From NCBI RefSeq assembly GCF_036321535.1, contig NC_087436.1:45572001-45636000 (forward strand): a stretch of DNA of 64,000 bases, written 5' to 3'. Under the pieces are notes generated by a model, which searched no databases, was not told the DNA's origin, and was given only the letters and a program-made list of their open reading frames with translations. The DNA is from Camelus dromedarius (Eukaryota). The translations under genes were made by a program, and so were the position numbers. Numbering within the stretch: position 1 is the first letter of the stretch; each line of letters begins with the position of its first letter. Shown one piece after another: positions 12,870 through 25,451 of the stretch.

Positions 12870-13745
12870 TTTTAAACCTTAGCACTTATAAACAGAGAAG
12901 AGAGTACAAGGACCCCCGTGTACCTGTTACCCTACTTAATCATTAACACTATTAATCTTGTTTCATCTACATCCCTACCAACTTCTCCCTTGCCCCCAGA
13001 TTACTTGGAATTAATACAAACTCAAATACTTTTGAATGAAATGATACCATTTCTTTTGCTTAAATGATACCATTTCTAAAAGTTAAACAGTCTTATTAAA
13101 AAGTTGTCATTATCTCACCTAAATTAGTACTAATTCTTTATGATGAAAAGTTCTAGTTTCCTCAGTTGTCTCATAAATGATAGTTTTTTTAATAATTTAT
13201 TTTTAAGAATCTTGATCAAAATAGATCCTACACATTTTCATTGGTTGAGTTCTTTTAACTTGGAAGTTTCTTCCTTCCTCTCTGTGTCCCTCCTCCCACT
13301 CCCAACCCATCCTTTGAAGAAACCAGATCATTTTCCTTTTAGAGTTTCTCTCAGAGTGGATTTTGCTGATTGTATTCTTCTGTCTTCTGTATTCCTTGTT
13401 AGTTGGTAGTTAGATCTAGAAATTTTATTATATTTAAGTTTAACATTTGATAGGACTTTTTAATAAGAACTTATTGTAGCAAAGCCAGGATAAATGCTTG
13501 GTTCTTTGGTAGTATTTAGCAGTTTCAGAAAAAAACGATTACTTAGCCTGCGATGATAATGTTTTTAAAAAAATCATTATGAACTCATAGGTGTATACTT
13601 TTTTATGTGTCAGTGATTTTGAGGTGAATTTGGAATTACTGTGTTATAGTCTATTGCTATTATTCTTTTTGATACTGAATTATCCCATGTTTGGGCAGTG
13701 GGAGTTTCTTCAAGTTGGCTCCTGAATCCTTTTCACATACACTGA
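12870..13745 (-). mobile_element. Ancient L1M (L1MC-like) 3' fragment
   Basis: Degenerate ccccgtgtacctgttaccc, ctttgaagaaaccagatca and ttcaagttggctcctgaatcctttt segments. Confidence 0.55.
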
Positions 13746-13754
13746 GTAGTGCTC

Positions 13755-14335
13755 ATACACACAAACAGTAGAATATTACTTAGCCATGAAAAAGAATGAA
13801 ATAATGCCATTGGCAACAACGTGGATGGACCTAGAGATTACCATATTAAGTGAAGTAAGACACACAAACACAAATCATATATCACTTATATGTGGAATCT
13901 GAAAAATAGTACAAGTGAACTTATTTACAAAACAAACAGATTCACAGGTTAGAAAACAAATTTATGGTTACCAAAGGGGAAAGGAGGGGGTGGGGAGAGA
14001 TAAATTAGGAGTTTGGGATTAGCAGATACAAACTACTATATATAAAGTAGATTAACAACATGGTGCTACTGTGGAGCATAAAGTTCAAATCAATTACTTG
14101 AAAAACATTATAATGGAATTTTGTGGTTGTATTAACTGAACATGGCTCCACGTTAGGAAGAGCTTACTGAGATTTCTCTGTACTTAAAGAATTCTTGTAA
14201 TAACATATAATGGAAAGGGATATGAAAAAGAATATATATGTATAACTGTATCACTATGCTATATACCAGAAACTAGTACCACATTGCAAATCAAGTGTAT
14301 CTCAATGAAAATAAATAACATCAATTTTTTTAAAA
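13755..14335 (+). mobile_element. LINE-1 3' end (sense) interrupted by a ~112-bp insert
   Basis: aaaaagaatgaaataatgccatt...ggacctagagatt...ttatggttaccaaaggggaa, ending in an A-rich tail. Confidence 0.85.
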
Positions 14336-16045
14336 ATTAGCTCTTCTCACAGATGTTTTACTGGGCATTAATAAAAATTCCCCTATTTTGGTCATATAAT
14401 TTCATTATTACAAGGATATGTTTTTATAGAATATTTTGACTGGCTCTCACCTCACTGTAATTCACAAATTTTCAAATCCACCAGTAAATGGCATCTAATA
14501 TAGAAGTATGGGAAGTCTTTGCTCAAGAGACATTCTTACATTAGTTGATCTGCGATTCAGTAGGACCCTAAGGAACAATTATCTGCTCCACTCTTTGTTC
14601 CTTATCACTAATGGGATATGATATCATATTTGGAAAAAGAAGGAAAGAGAAGGAGAACCAAACCAAACTTTAGAGGAATTTGAAATGAAGGAGAGGAGGG
14701 GTGAGGAATAGTAAGATTTTTCTTTTGAAAAATCGCTGAAAAGACTTTTTTTGTATATTTTACTGCTTGGAAATAATGTCCTTCCCCAACTTTTCAAGCT
14801 TGCTTGTTAGCCTTTTACAGTAGCCAGAGACCCACCCATCTGTGACTTATTTCCGGATGCCCCAAACTGTGTTTACCCGTGAACTAAGAAAATTGGGGTG
14901 GAAATTAAATTGGATAGGTAGGCTCTTTAAGCAAAACGAAAAACCCTCTCTTCTTACTGGTCTACTTCAGCAAGAGGTGGGAGGGTAGTTGTATAGTCTG
15001 GCAAGAATTACCTGTAGAATGTTTTCCTTCTTTCTCTTTACATTTGGATGTTGACTGAATATGATAGCAGTCTTCATACAGGCCAAATAAAGTGTAGTTT
15101 ATTGAAAGCTGCCATAAGTTTTGATGGAATAGATAGAATATAATCTAGTCAGTTGTTCCTCAGATACTCCATGAATTTATTTCATTTGAGAATGACTTCT
15201 CTGGGGTTTGCTTGACAGTTTGTCCCCATTATCTGCAACCCTGCCCTCCCCTTTTAGATTCAAGCCATCAACTTCTAGAGTCAGTTGGTCTGTACAGATA
15301 TGACTGGGACACAACAGCTTACTTCTAACCTACATCCCACCCAACCCAAGGAAAAGCATTTCTTTATTTGATGAGGTAATTCCAGGTGGTGTTTTGCCCT
15401 AGATGTTTAAATATTTCCTTAGGATAAACATGGAGAAAAATTCTGGTAATTTGACTTAGTAAATCTTTTAGACGAGTTTGTTCTTCCTGGCAAACAACAT
15501 CAAGCCCTTCAAGGTGTCTACCATCCATTCTTCTCAGAAAGTGCTGAGTCATTAAATCATGTTGCTATGCTATCTCACCTGGGTTGGTACAGGTGATTTA
15601 TAAAGGACTTTCTATGTATTTATTTAATAACTGCAAATCCCTCTAGATTGGGTACAAATGCGTGTGCTTCTGATTCAAGCAGCCTTTACCAGTTATCTGT
15701 CTGGCAGAGTTTTCTTCTCATTGGCAGCATAAGGAGCCTTCTGACCCAGAACAGGTCAAAGTAGGGTATCTAGTCAATGCACATTAGAATAAGATAATTA
15801 CTTTGTGCTGCATATTTATAGATGCCAGGATCACACCTGCTTCAAATTTGCTTACTCATATTTCCTGGTGACTCACTCTGGCCTCAATTGTTTTATGCTT
15901 TATTTGTACAAAGCCAGACAGCCTTACTTTGCAGTTTGACTTTTCACCTTGTTACTAACCAGCACTTTTCCCTGTTGAAACTCATTTTTATTTCCTGGCC
16001 ATATTTTTATTTTGTCATTGAATTTCATCTTGGTTTAATTATAAA

Positions 16046-17850
16046 TTTTTTTTTCTTTTTTATATATATTTTTATTGAAGTATAGTCAGTTTACAATGTT
16101 GTGTTAATTTTTGGTGTACAGCGTAATGCTTCAGTCATACATGAACATACATATATTCATTTTCATATTACTTTTCACCATAAGTTACTACAAGATATTG
16201 AATATAGTTCCTTGTGCTATAAAATATGAACTTGTTCTTTACATCTACTTTATATATATTAGTATCTGTAAATCTCAAACTCCCAATTTATCCCTTTCCA
16301 TTCCCTTTCCCCCTGGTAACCATAAGTTTGTTTTCTATGTCTGTGAGTCTGTTTCTGTTTTGTAAATAAGTTCGTTTATCTTTTTTTTTTTTAGATTCCA
16401 CATATAAGTGATATCATATGATATTTTTCTTTCTCTTTCTGGCTTAGTTCACTTAGAATGATAATCTCCAGGTCCATCCATGTTGCTGCAAATGACATTT
16501 TTTATGGCTGAGTGGTATTCTATTGTGTAAATATACCACAATTTCTTTATCCAGTCATCTGTCAGTGGACATTTAGGTTGTTTCCATGTCTTGGCTATTG
16601 TAAATAGTGCTGCTATGAACACTGGGGTGCAGGTATCTTTGAGAATTAGAGTTCCCTCTGGATATATGCCCTGGAGTGGGATTGCTGGATCATATGAAAA
16701 GTCTATTTTTAGTCTATTGAGGAATCTCCATACTGTTTTTCATCACAACTGCACCAAACTACATTCCAACAAACAATGTAGGAGGGTTCCCTTTTCTCCA
16801 CACCATCTCCAGCATTTATCATTTGTGGACTTTTTAATGATGGCCATTCTGACTGGTGTGAGGTGATACCTCACTGTAGTTTTGATTTGCTTTTCTCTGA
16901 TAATTAGTGATTTGAGCATTTTTTCATGTGCCTATTGGCCATTTGTATGTCTTTATTGGAGAATTGCTTGTTTAGGACTTCTGCCCATTTTTGGATTGGG
17001 TTGTTTGTTTTTTTCTTATTAAGTTGTATGGGTTGTTTATAAATTCTGGAAATTAAGCCCTTGTCAGTTTCATCTTTTGCAAATATTTTCTCCAAATTCC
17101 ATAGGTTGTCTTTGTTTTGCTTATGGTTTCCTTTGCTGTGCAAAAGCTTGTAAGTCTAATTAGGCCCCATTTGTTCATTTTTGCTTTTATTTCTATTGCC
17201 TGGGTAGACTGCCCTAGGAGAATATTGCTGAGATTTATCTTAGATAATGCTTTGCCTGTGTTTTCTTCTAAGAGGTTTATAGTGTCTTGTCTTATGTTTA
17301 AGTCTTTAAGCCATTTTGAGTTTATTTTTCTGTATGGTGTGAGGGAGTATTCTAACTTCATTGATTTACATGCAGCTGACCAGTTTTCCCAACACCATTT
17401 GCTGAAGAGATTGTCTTTACTCCATTTTATCTTCTTGCCTTCTTTGTCAAAGATTTATTGACTGTAGGTTGGTGGGTTTATTTCTGGGCCTCTATTCTGT
17501 TTCATTGATCCATATGTCTGCATTTGTACCGATACCATGCTGTTTTGATTACTGTAGCTCTGTACTCTCTGAAGTCTGGGAGGGTTATTCCTCCAGCTTC
17601 ATTCTTTTTCTTCAGTAAAGCTTTGGCAATTCTGGGTCTTTTGTGATTCCATATAAATTTTAGGATTATTTGTTCTAGTTCTGTGAAAACTGTCCTGGGT
17701 AATTTGATAGGGATCACATTAAATCTCTAGATTGCTTTGGGTAGTATGGCCATTTTAATAACATTAATTCTTCTAATCCAAGAACACAGGACATCTTTCC
17801 ATTTCTTTAAGTCATCTTTTAATTTCCTTGGTCAATGTTTTGTGGTTCTC
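16046..17850 (-). mobile_element. 5'-truncated LINE-1 (ORF2 C-terminal remnants + 3' UTR)
   Basis: Minus-strand ORFs [28 protein letters not shown] and INSKWLKDLNIR are L1 ORF2. Frameshifted, with a T-rich tail at left. Confidence 0.95.
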
Positions 17851-19599
17851 TTAAGTGTAAAATAGATTCAAGATTAACTGAAAATTTTTCTTTTTTTTTG
17901 TAAGATTTTTATGAACAAAGGGTATATGTATAGCACAGAACACATTCAAAAAAGTAGGTTTAACAGTGCAGAGCAACAGATGAATGATATTTAATGTATC
18001 TACTTGTGGTTTTATACACATATGCATCAGTATTTAATATTGGAAGGATTACTGGCAAGTGCCTTATTTTTAAAGAAACACATATAATAAAAACAGCTAA
18101 AACTGTTCAGATGAGACAAAATATGACATTTTAAAACCCCATATTGAAAGAGTTAAGTACATCATTGATCTGTAAGATGATCAAACATTGAAAATGACAA
18201 CTTTCAGAACTTAATTTATACCCACGCACCTTGTATCTAGAACTTTGTTATATGGTTGCCAGAAGTGGTCCCTGTTAATCCACAGAGAACAGCAGGACAC
18301 ACGGTAATTCCAGTGATGTTAATGATATAAAGGAGATGGATGTATAAACCATAAACATCATAGGAGAAAAGCTCCTCTTTTATCAATAAGTTTATGTATT
18401 TCACATTTTAAGATGTAGCACCAAAAGGGCAAGAGTAACAAAGCAACAAGTACCTCTAGAAAGTGGTTGCTGAGTAATAGAAAAAACAAGCTGATGAATA
18501 ATTGTGGAAATGTGATACCACAAATGAAAAGTTTAATGACCCATAAATTAACATTGCATTTTATTTCTTAGATGTGTGTAGTAAAAGCATAGTAGCAATG
18601 TTTTAAAAGTTCAGGCTAGTGATTTTCTCTGTTTCTGGGGAGGCAGGGAGGGTGGTATGAGAGAGGTTGGTCCAAAGGAGGCTTCCACTCCTTTTGTATG
18701 ATTTCATGTCACTACAAAAAAGTCAAACAAAAAAGATAACTGTGTTTGATATAAGTATGGGTAGCAAATTTTTTAAGTTGATAGCAAATAACTTTTTTTA
18801 GTTTTTCAAAAGAAAAGCTAGCAATTGTAGTCATTATAAAATGACTAGTATACACTAAATAAAGCAAGTTTTTATCAAAACACAAACTTTTGCCCTGTTG
18901 CTCCTCACACACTCCCCAGTAATAGCAGATTTATAGTTTGAATTTAAAATGCTATTTTGTTTTCTCTTTTCTGACAATGACTCTGCATTCAGTGTGTATG
19001 TGTATGCATAGCTGAACGGATAATTTGGGGACCTTTTCCTGCTGTTTGTTGTGATACTAATTGAAACACTTGACTCTTTCTGAAAAACTCAAGAGCAATA
19101 ATAAAAATAAGAAATGGCAACTTCACCATTTAAAGCAAGATAGAACTTGATACATCCTGGTTTGCTCTGGGTAGCCTCAGTTTTACACCAATTGCCTCAG
19201 TGTAATTATTAATAGCTCCCCGCTTCACTCTCGAAAATGGCTCATTTTGAATGGTAAATGGTATAGTTCATCTGTCTATAACCCACTGAGGAATTGTGTT
19301 GGCTCAATAAAACAGCAAAAGGGAAAATTCCAACCATCATTTGCCAAATTATCCCTAACAAATCTTTATTTTTAGTATTGATCTCTTCTCTGAAACTCGT
19401 TTTCCTAAGATTTCCAAACATTTGACATATCACTCAAATTTAAAATATTTAAACCAGGTCCCTTTTCAACAATTCTTTAACATTTATCACTGTTTTCCTA
19501 GTGAACCCCTTTAAGGCATTCCAAATATAAAAATACCTGGTCACAGAGTTGCATAATTCTTCTTAAATATTTTGAGAAGCTGTCTGCTCCTCTCTATTT

Positions 19600-20165
19600 C
19601 CATGCCAGACACTCCAGACATGGCCTTCATCACTTCACGTCTTGAGTATTGCAGCCCCCAACTGCTGTCTCCCATGTGTCTTCTCCATCCAAGCTACCTT
19701 ATGTATCACATCAGTCTCTGTTTAAACCTAAATTGAGACCCCTTTGCCTTTAGGTTAAAACTTCAGCCTGTCCATAAAGAATTACAGTCTCCCTGATGGA
19801 CCTTTCACCACTGCCCTATACAAACTTCCCATTCAGGCCAACATATGTCTGCTCATTGCCCACAAAACAAATGCACTTTGCCCATGCTAATTTCGTGTCT
19901 TTGCATATACTATCCCTCCTCTTTCTCCACTTTTTTTCTTGAAATTTTACATTTTAACTTAGAATGTCTTCTTTGTAAAGGCTTCTCTGATCATTTCAGC
20001 TCTTATCTCGGCTTCTACCGAACATGCTGCTTATCATTACTGAATACAGCCTTACCCATGTACCTCCCGGGAGACCACATGAGTCCCTCGGGGCCAGAAT
20101 TGTGTCCGGCTGTTCCTTGAACACCTTAGCACAGACACCGTTTCTGAGTTTATGAATAAAATTCT
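19600..20165 (+). mobile_element. LINE-2 fragment
   Basis: Pyrimidine-rich degenerate L2 ending accttagcacagacacc...tgaataaa. Confidence 0.45.
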
Positions 20166-20409
20166 CACACTTGGCCACTTCTCCAATCACATGTAATTGA
20201 CTTTATTCATTTCACTTGTTTGCCCTTTATATTTCCTGTACCATGTGCTACAGACATACCCCGGTACATTCTTCACTTGGTATCATCAGGCTTCCCCTGT
20301 GAAAGTACGGGCGTGCTTCAGAAAATCTGGGGTTGATGTCATGGAGTCGGAGGAGCCTTCCACTTTTCCTCCCTCCTCTCCCCTCTCCCACCTCCGCCCT
20401 CTCCCCTCT

Positions 20410-20820
20410 CTCAGGCCATAGTGGCTGACTTGCTATTCCTCAAACATACAAGGCTGCTCCTTCGGGACTCAAACTTGCCCAACTTCTGTACAGAGCAGTC
20501 CTTGCCCACTGTTCTAATCCACCTTATTCCTCATCTCCTTCAGACCTTTGCTCACATTTCACCTTCCTGCCTCCCAGTCTAAAATCGCAGTAATCCCCAC
20601 CCACACCCCTTACTGTCCTTACCTGATTCAGTTTTCTCTGACACAGATCACCTTCGAGCCCACTGTATGTATTATTAATCTTGTCCATTCTCTCTCTCCT
20701 GCTCAACTCTTGAGTTCCAGGAGGGCAGGGATTTTTGTCTGATTTTTTTTTTACTGTGTCTCTAGTGTCTAAATAGGTGCTTAGTAAATATCTTTTAAAA
20801 ATTAAAAAGAAATGAACAGA
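20410..20820 (+). mobile_element. LINE-2 3' end
   Basis: gagttccaggagggcagggatttttgtctg...actgtgtctctagtgtctaaataggtgcttagtaaata. Confidence 0.7.
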
Positions 20821-21071
20821 GGAGGCTTGTAAACAGTTATTAGGTCTCCTTTCCTTTTTTGGAAAGTCTGTCTTTCCAAAGGGGGAAATAGGACATTTTT
20901 TTTTTTTCTGCTTTGCCCTTGAATCCAAGAATTACCTGGATTTTCAAGTATTTCCAAAAATAATTAGATTAAGTACATGCATGATATTTTACTTTAAAAA
21001 AATTTTTAAACGTCCATTATGATGGAGAATTCGGAGCTACTTTAAAAGGGGCTTACTGAGGAGAAGCCAGG

Positions 21072-21171
21072 AAAACAAACATCACCCTGCTTTGCACGTG
21101 GCGGTCTGGGCTCTAGCCAGCATGGGCAGGCGGCCCCTCCTTACGTGACTTTGACACTGACCTGCAGGTCA
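21072..21171. promoter_or_regulatory. Candidate intronic enhancer (forkhead, SRE-like, E-box, bZIP and four nuclear-receptor half-sites)
   Basis: aaaacaaaca, atcaccctgc, CACGTG (21095-21100), TTACGTGA (21141-21148) and TGACTT-TGACAC-TGACCT-gc-AGGTCA (21146-21171). Confidence 0.45.
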
Positions 21172-24100
21172 CTCTGCTGCTCCAGATTTGCCTGCTTTAT
21201 CTATTACCTTCCAAGTTAAGGGGGAAAAAATCCACTCACAGTGTAATGATCTAGTCCAAATAAGACAAAAGTATCCAGTTTGTTATAAATGTAATAAGTT
21301 TTTAGAGGGCCCAGACCACCCCCAGCGCAGTGCACAATGGAGGCTGCAGGCTGTGTAAGCCAGGGTGGGCAGTGGCCTCGGCTTCTCCCCGACTACAGTC
21401 CACTTGACAACTTCTGCTTCTTTACAGCTGGAAATGCTATCCAGTAGTCCTCGTTCTATTAGATAATTTTTTTTTCTAGTCATAAGAGAGAATTCTCTGT
21501 TCATAAAGCTGAAAATGACAGAAAAGCACAAACATGAAACCTTTCACCTCACTACCCACAAATATTTACTATTAATATTTTGGTGAGTCCCCTTTAAATA
21601 ATTTAATGTTAAGCTTGAGACTCTTTCATTGTAGTCTTATTCTCTGTAATCCAGTTAGTATATTTGAGTTTGAACAAAAATAGGAGTTCTGTAATACACT
21701 TGCATTACAGGTGCTGTAACGGCTTAAAACAGCTGACACATAGGACATTTAAAATCCTTTTGCCAAAAGGAATTAGTATTTCAGTAGCTGGGATACTATA
21801 GCTTTTCTGAAACTTGGATGAGAAATAACGTGAGCATTCTTGAAGAGATTGCATGGTAATTTAGGATATAGATAGGTATAGTAAACCCCCTGAAGCATTT
21901 GTTAAGAATTATTTTGAGTTAAGGCTGAATTAAGGATTACTGTACTTTTAAACTTCCTGTGCTACCTCACAAATCCTTAAAAGATCCTTCTTGTGTAACA
22001 GGGTTTAAAAAAAAAACAACTACACAATTTTGAACAAAAAAAATTGAATCCTTAAAAAAATCTTTAGACCTAACTTTTTATGAAATTGCCTAATTGCACA
22101 ATCTGGAATGCATCAGATGGTGTGACATCCATTATGAAGATGAAGTCACCACAGTTGTCGATTGGCTGAAGAAAATATGAAAATGAATAATGTGGGTACT
22201 AGAAGTTTATTCTGGAGAGGACTGTTTGTAAGCACAGAATTAACTGACATATTGAGAGAGAAAGCTTCCCCTCCTGGTCCACGTGTCCTCAAGGCAGGAA
22301 CGTGAGTAGAAGACTGTAGAAAAGACATGAGATCAGGGTTCAATAAAGAAACATCAGTAACTCACCCTAGGGTTAGCCACTGCTGTTAGATCAGTGGAAA
22401 TCATCCTTCTAAATATAATGCCTTTTCCATGTGAAACAACTATTGCCGGCCACTTCTGACCTCAGTCTTGAAAGTATCGGCAGTTCTTTCATGAAAGCTA
22501 TCAATTTTTATTCTCTGTATTTCAACCAAGAACTCCAAATAGGAACTGCTCATCAATTTTTGATGATGCTGTAAAATTGACAGGGTGCCTAGCTCCCGCT
22601 TGATTTTTGCAAGTGAATGAGGGCCCCAGTTTTCTCCCTTACAACCATCAATTCTTTTACCCAGTGCTACCGGTACATGGATTAATCAATAGCTGGTTCT
22701 TTTTGAAACTCATCTCCTACCATTTGTTTCAGAAAATTTGTGAGGGGAAATGGGTGGGGGCTGTTTAATTCCTTCTTGACATCACTTACACTGTCCTGCG
22801 TGGTGGAGGCTGTGGTGCCCAACCCATCCTCACTGTATTCGTTGCTACCCGCGATAGTTCTACACTTTTCATAGCCCTGGGATTTAGAATCAAATCTGTG
22901 TAATTTAAAATGATTGATTTGGGGCATAAGACTTCATTGCTCTCACACTGCATTTTCCTAACAGGGTAATAAAGCAATGATTTTCTTTTATCCTTTACAT
23001 TTCATTTCTAATGGTACAATGATGGACAGAGAGGTGGTTCCAGTATTTTTTTGTTCTGAGAAGTAGATGAGCATGGTGATTAAAGCAGCCAGGAGAGATT
23101 GCCCATCGGTTCTAGGTGTTTATGTTAGCCCACAGCTGGAGCAGAAATCTTGAGTACAGCTTATAGAATTGACTATCATTTGAAGAAATTATGAATAATT
23201 ATCTACTCAGTGTTCTCTTATGCAGGAGGCAGGGACTTGGTTCCCTGAAAGGGTTTAGCTTTAAATTGGAGTTTATACTAGCTTCATGCAAAAAAAAAAA
23301 AAAAAAAATCAATAGTGTCCAGCTGAAGACCGCAGAGATAGGAGAGAAGAGCTGAAAAGAAAATTTGAATTTCTGCCTTTAAAAAGAACATGGTTAAAAC
23401 TCTAGAATTTTTCCAGTCTTGAGTGGACAGCCTGGCAGGAAGTTGCATCTTAACTTCTCCAGCTGTTCCTGCTACCTCTTAGATTTTTGCTCTGACCAAA
23501 CTCATCATTTGTCCCACCTGAGAGTGAGGAATCACACTTGAGTGTTCTCTAATCCACCGATTGACACCTCTAGGGTGTGTATGAAATTTCCTGTGCTCCT
23601 TAAGGACTTAGCCCTAAATACATAGAGGAAAACCAGGTTAAAGTTTGAAGTCATTAAAAGTGAAGGCAGTACAGGAATCATACTACAATAAAGGTGTTTA
23701 AAAAAAAAAAAAAGTGACGGCAAAGGCACGTTTTCCTGCCTTGCGTATTTCTTATCTTAAATTAATAGTGTCCATTTCCTTTCATCTTTGCCTGACCTGT
23801 GACTATTTTATTAACCTGTCTGCCATTTCTTTATAATACATTCTATAATTCTCCCTTCCCATTTACTCACACAATCTAAGACTACAAATGGAATTGAACC
23901 TGAAGTTAGTAGTGAAGAAGGAAAGTCAGATTTTCTTTGGCGTTTCAGAAGGACTGCCTCCTGAGGCCCTGTGGGGGTACCGTGCTGCTCTTCTTCTCCT
24001 GCGTCACTAGCCTTAGCACAAAGTGTGACTCACAGTTGTGTCTCAGACCAATAAATGTGGATGTGGATGATGACTGGATGGATGATACATCTCACAAGCA

Positions 24101-24439
24101 ATATGTGGCACCCTTCTGTGCAGAATGCTATTGGTGATGGGCACAAACTGCATCTTTTTCAGAGTTCTGGTCCACAGAAATATGAATAGAGGGCACCCTG
24201 CTTCTGTCCCTACTGTACAGAGGTTCCCATGTAGATAAATGATCAATGATAATTCTTAACTGCTCAAAACAAGCCTGCAGAGAATGTGTCCCTGTTCCAA
24301 ACACAGTCTAAACCCCCTCTCCACCTAGACACACTAGATTTCAGCAATGTTATATAAAATTAAGGAAAAAAGGTTTAAGAGAATTTTGGTTTTGTAATGC
24401 TAACACCAATGATCGACATCGTTCCCTGGGTTTTTATTA

Positions 24440-24696
24440 GACACCTGTTACTCCCATAGTCCCAGTTTATCCCTCCCCCTTCCCCTTCGGTAACCATAAG
24501 TTTATTTTCTGTCTGTGAGTCTGTTTTGTGAATAAGTTTATTTGTACTATTTTTCAGATTCCACATAGAAGCGATATTGTATAATATTTGTCTTTCTCTG
24601 TCTGACTTATTTCACTCAGTGTGATAATCTCTAGGTCCATCCATGTTGCTGCAAATGGCATTATTTCATTCTTTTTCATGGCTGAGTAATACTCCA

Positions 24697-24735
<39 letters not shown>

Positions 24736-25451
24736 GTGTGTGTGTGTATGCATGCCACATCTTTATCCAGTCATCTGTTGATAGACACTTAGGTTGCTTC
24801 CATTTCTGGCTATTATAAATAGTGCTGCTATGAGCATTGGGGTGCATGTGTCTTTTCAAATTAGAGCTTTCATTTTTTCCAGATGTATGCTCAGGAGTGG
24901 GATTGCTGGATCATATGATAACTCTTTTAAGTTTTCTAAGGAACCTCCATACTGTTTTCCATAATGGCTGCACCAGTATCCATTCCCACCTACATTGAAG
25001 AGGGTTCCCTTTCCTCCACACCCTCTCCAGCATTTATTATTTGTAGACTTTTTGATGACGGCCATTCTGACTGGTATGAGGTGATACCTCATTGTAGTTT
25101 TGATTTGCATTTCTCTGATAATTAGCAATGTTGACCATCTTTCCATGTGCAATCTGTGTGTCTTCTTTGGAGAAATACCTATTTAAGCTATTTTGGTCTT
25201 CTGCCCACTTTTTGATTGGGTTGTTTGGGGTTTTTTGTTTGTTATTGAGTTGTATGAGCTGGTTGTATATTTTGGAAATTAAGCCCTTGTTGGTCTCATT
25301 ATTTGCAGATATTTTTCTCCCAGTCCGTAGGTTTCCTTTTCATTTTGTTTATGGTTTCTTCTGCTGTGCAAAAGCTTTTACGTTTGATTAGGTCCCATTT
25401 GTTTATTTTTGCTTTTATTTCTATTATCTTCGGAGACTGACCTAAGAGAAC
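24440..25451 (-). mobile_element. LINE-1 fragment (ORF2 C-terminus/3' UTR) lacking the extreme 3' end
   Basis: Minus ORFs [31 protein letters not shown] and KNEIMPFAATWMDLE. Confidence 0.92.
24701..24748. repeat. Compound (AT)n(TG)n microsatellite inside L1
   Basis: Directly visible. Confidence 0.95.

Noticed and set aside
16034..17890. TSD for the 1.8-kb L1 (ttaattataaattttt vs ttaactgaaaattttt)
   Set aside because: Low-complexity match with several mismatches, offset from the L1 boundary.
21095..21111. Canonical ChREBP ChoRE
   Set aside because: CACGTG is present, but the second E-box 5 bp away (ctgggc) is a poor match.
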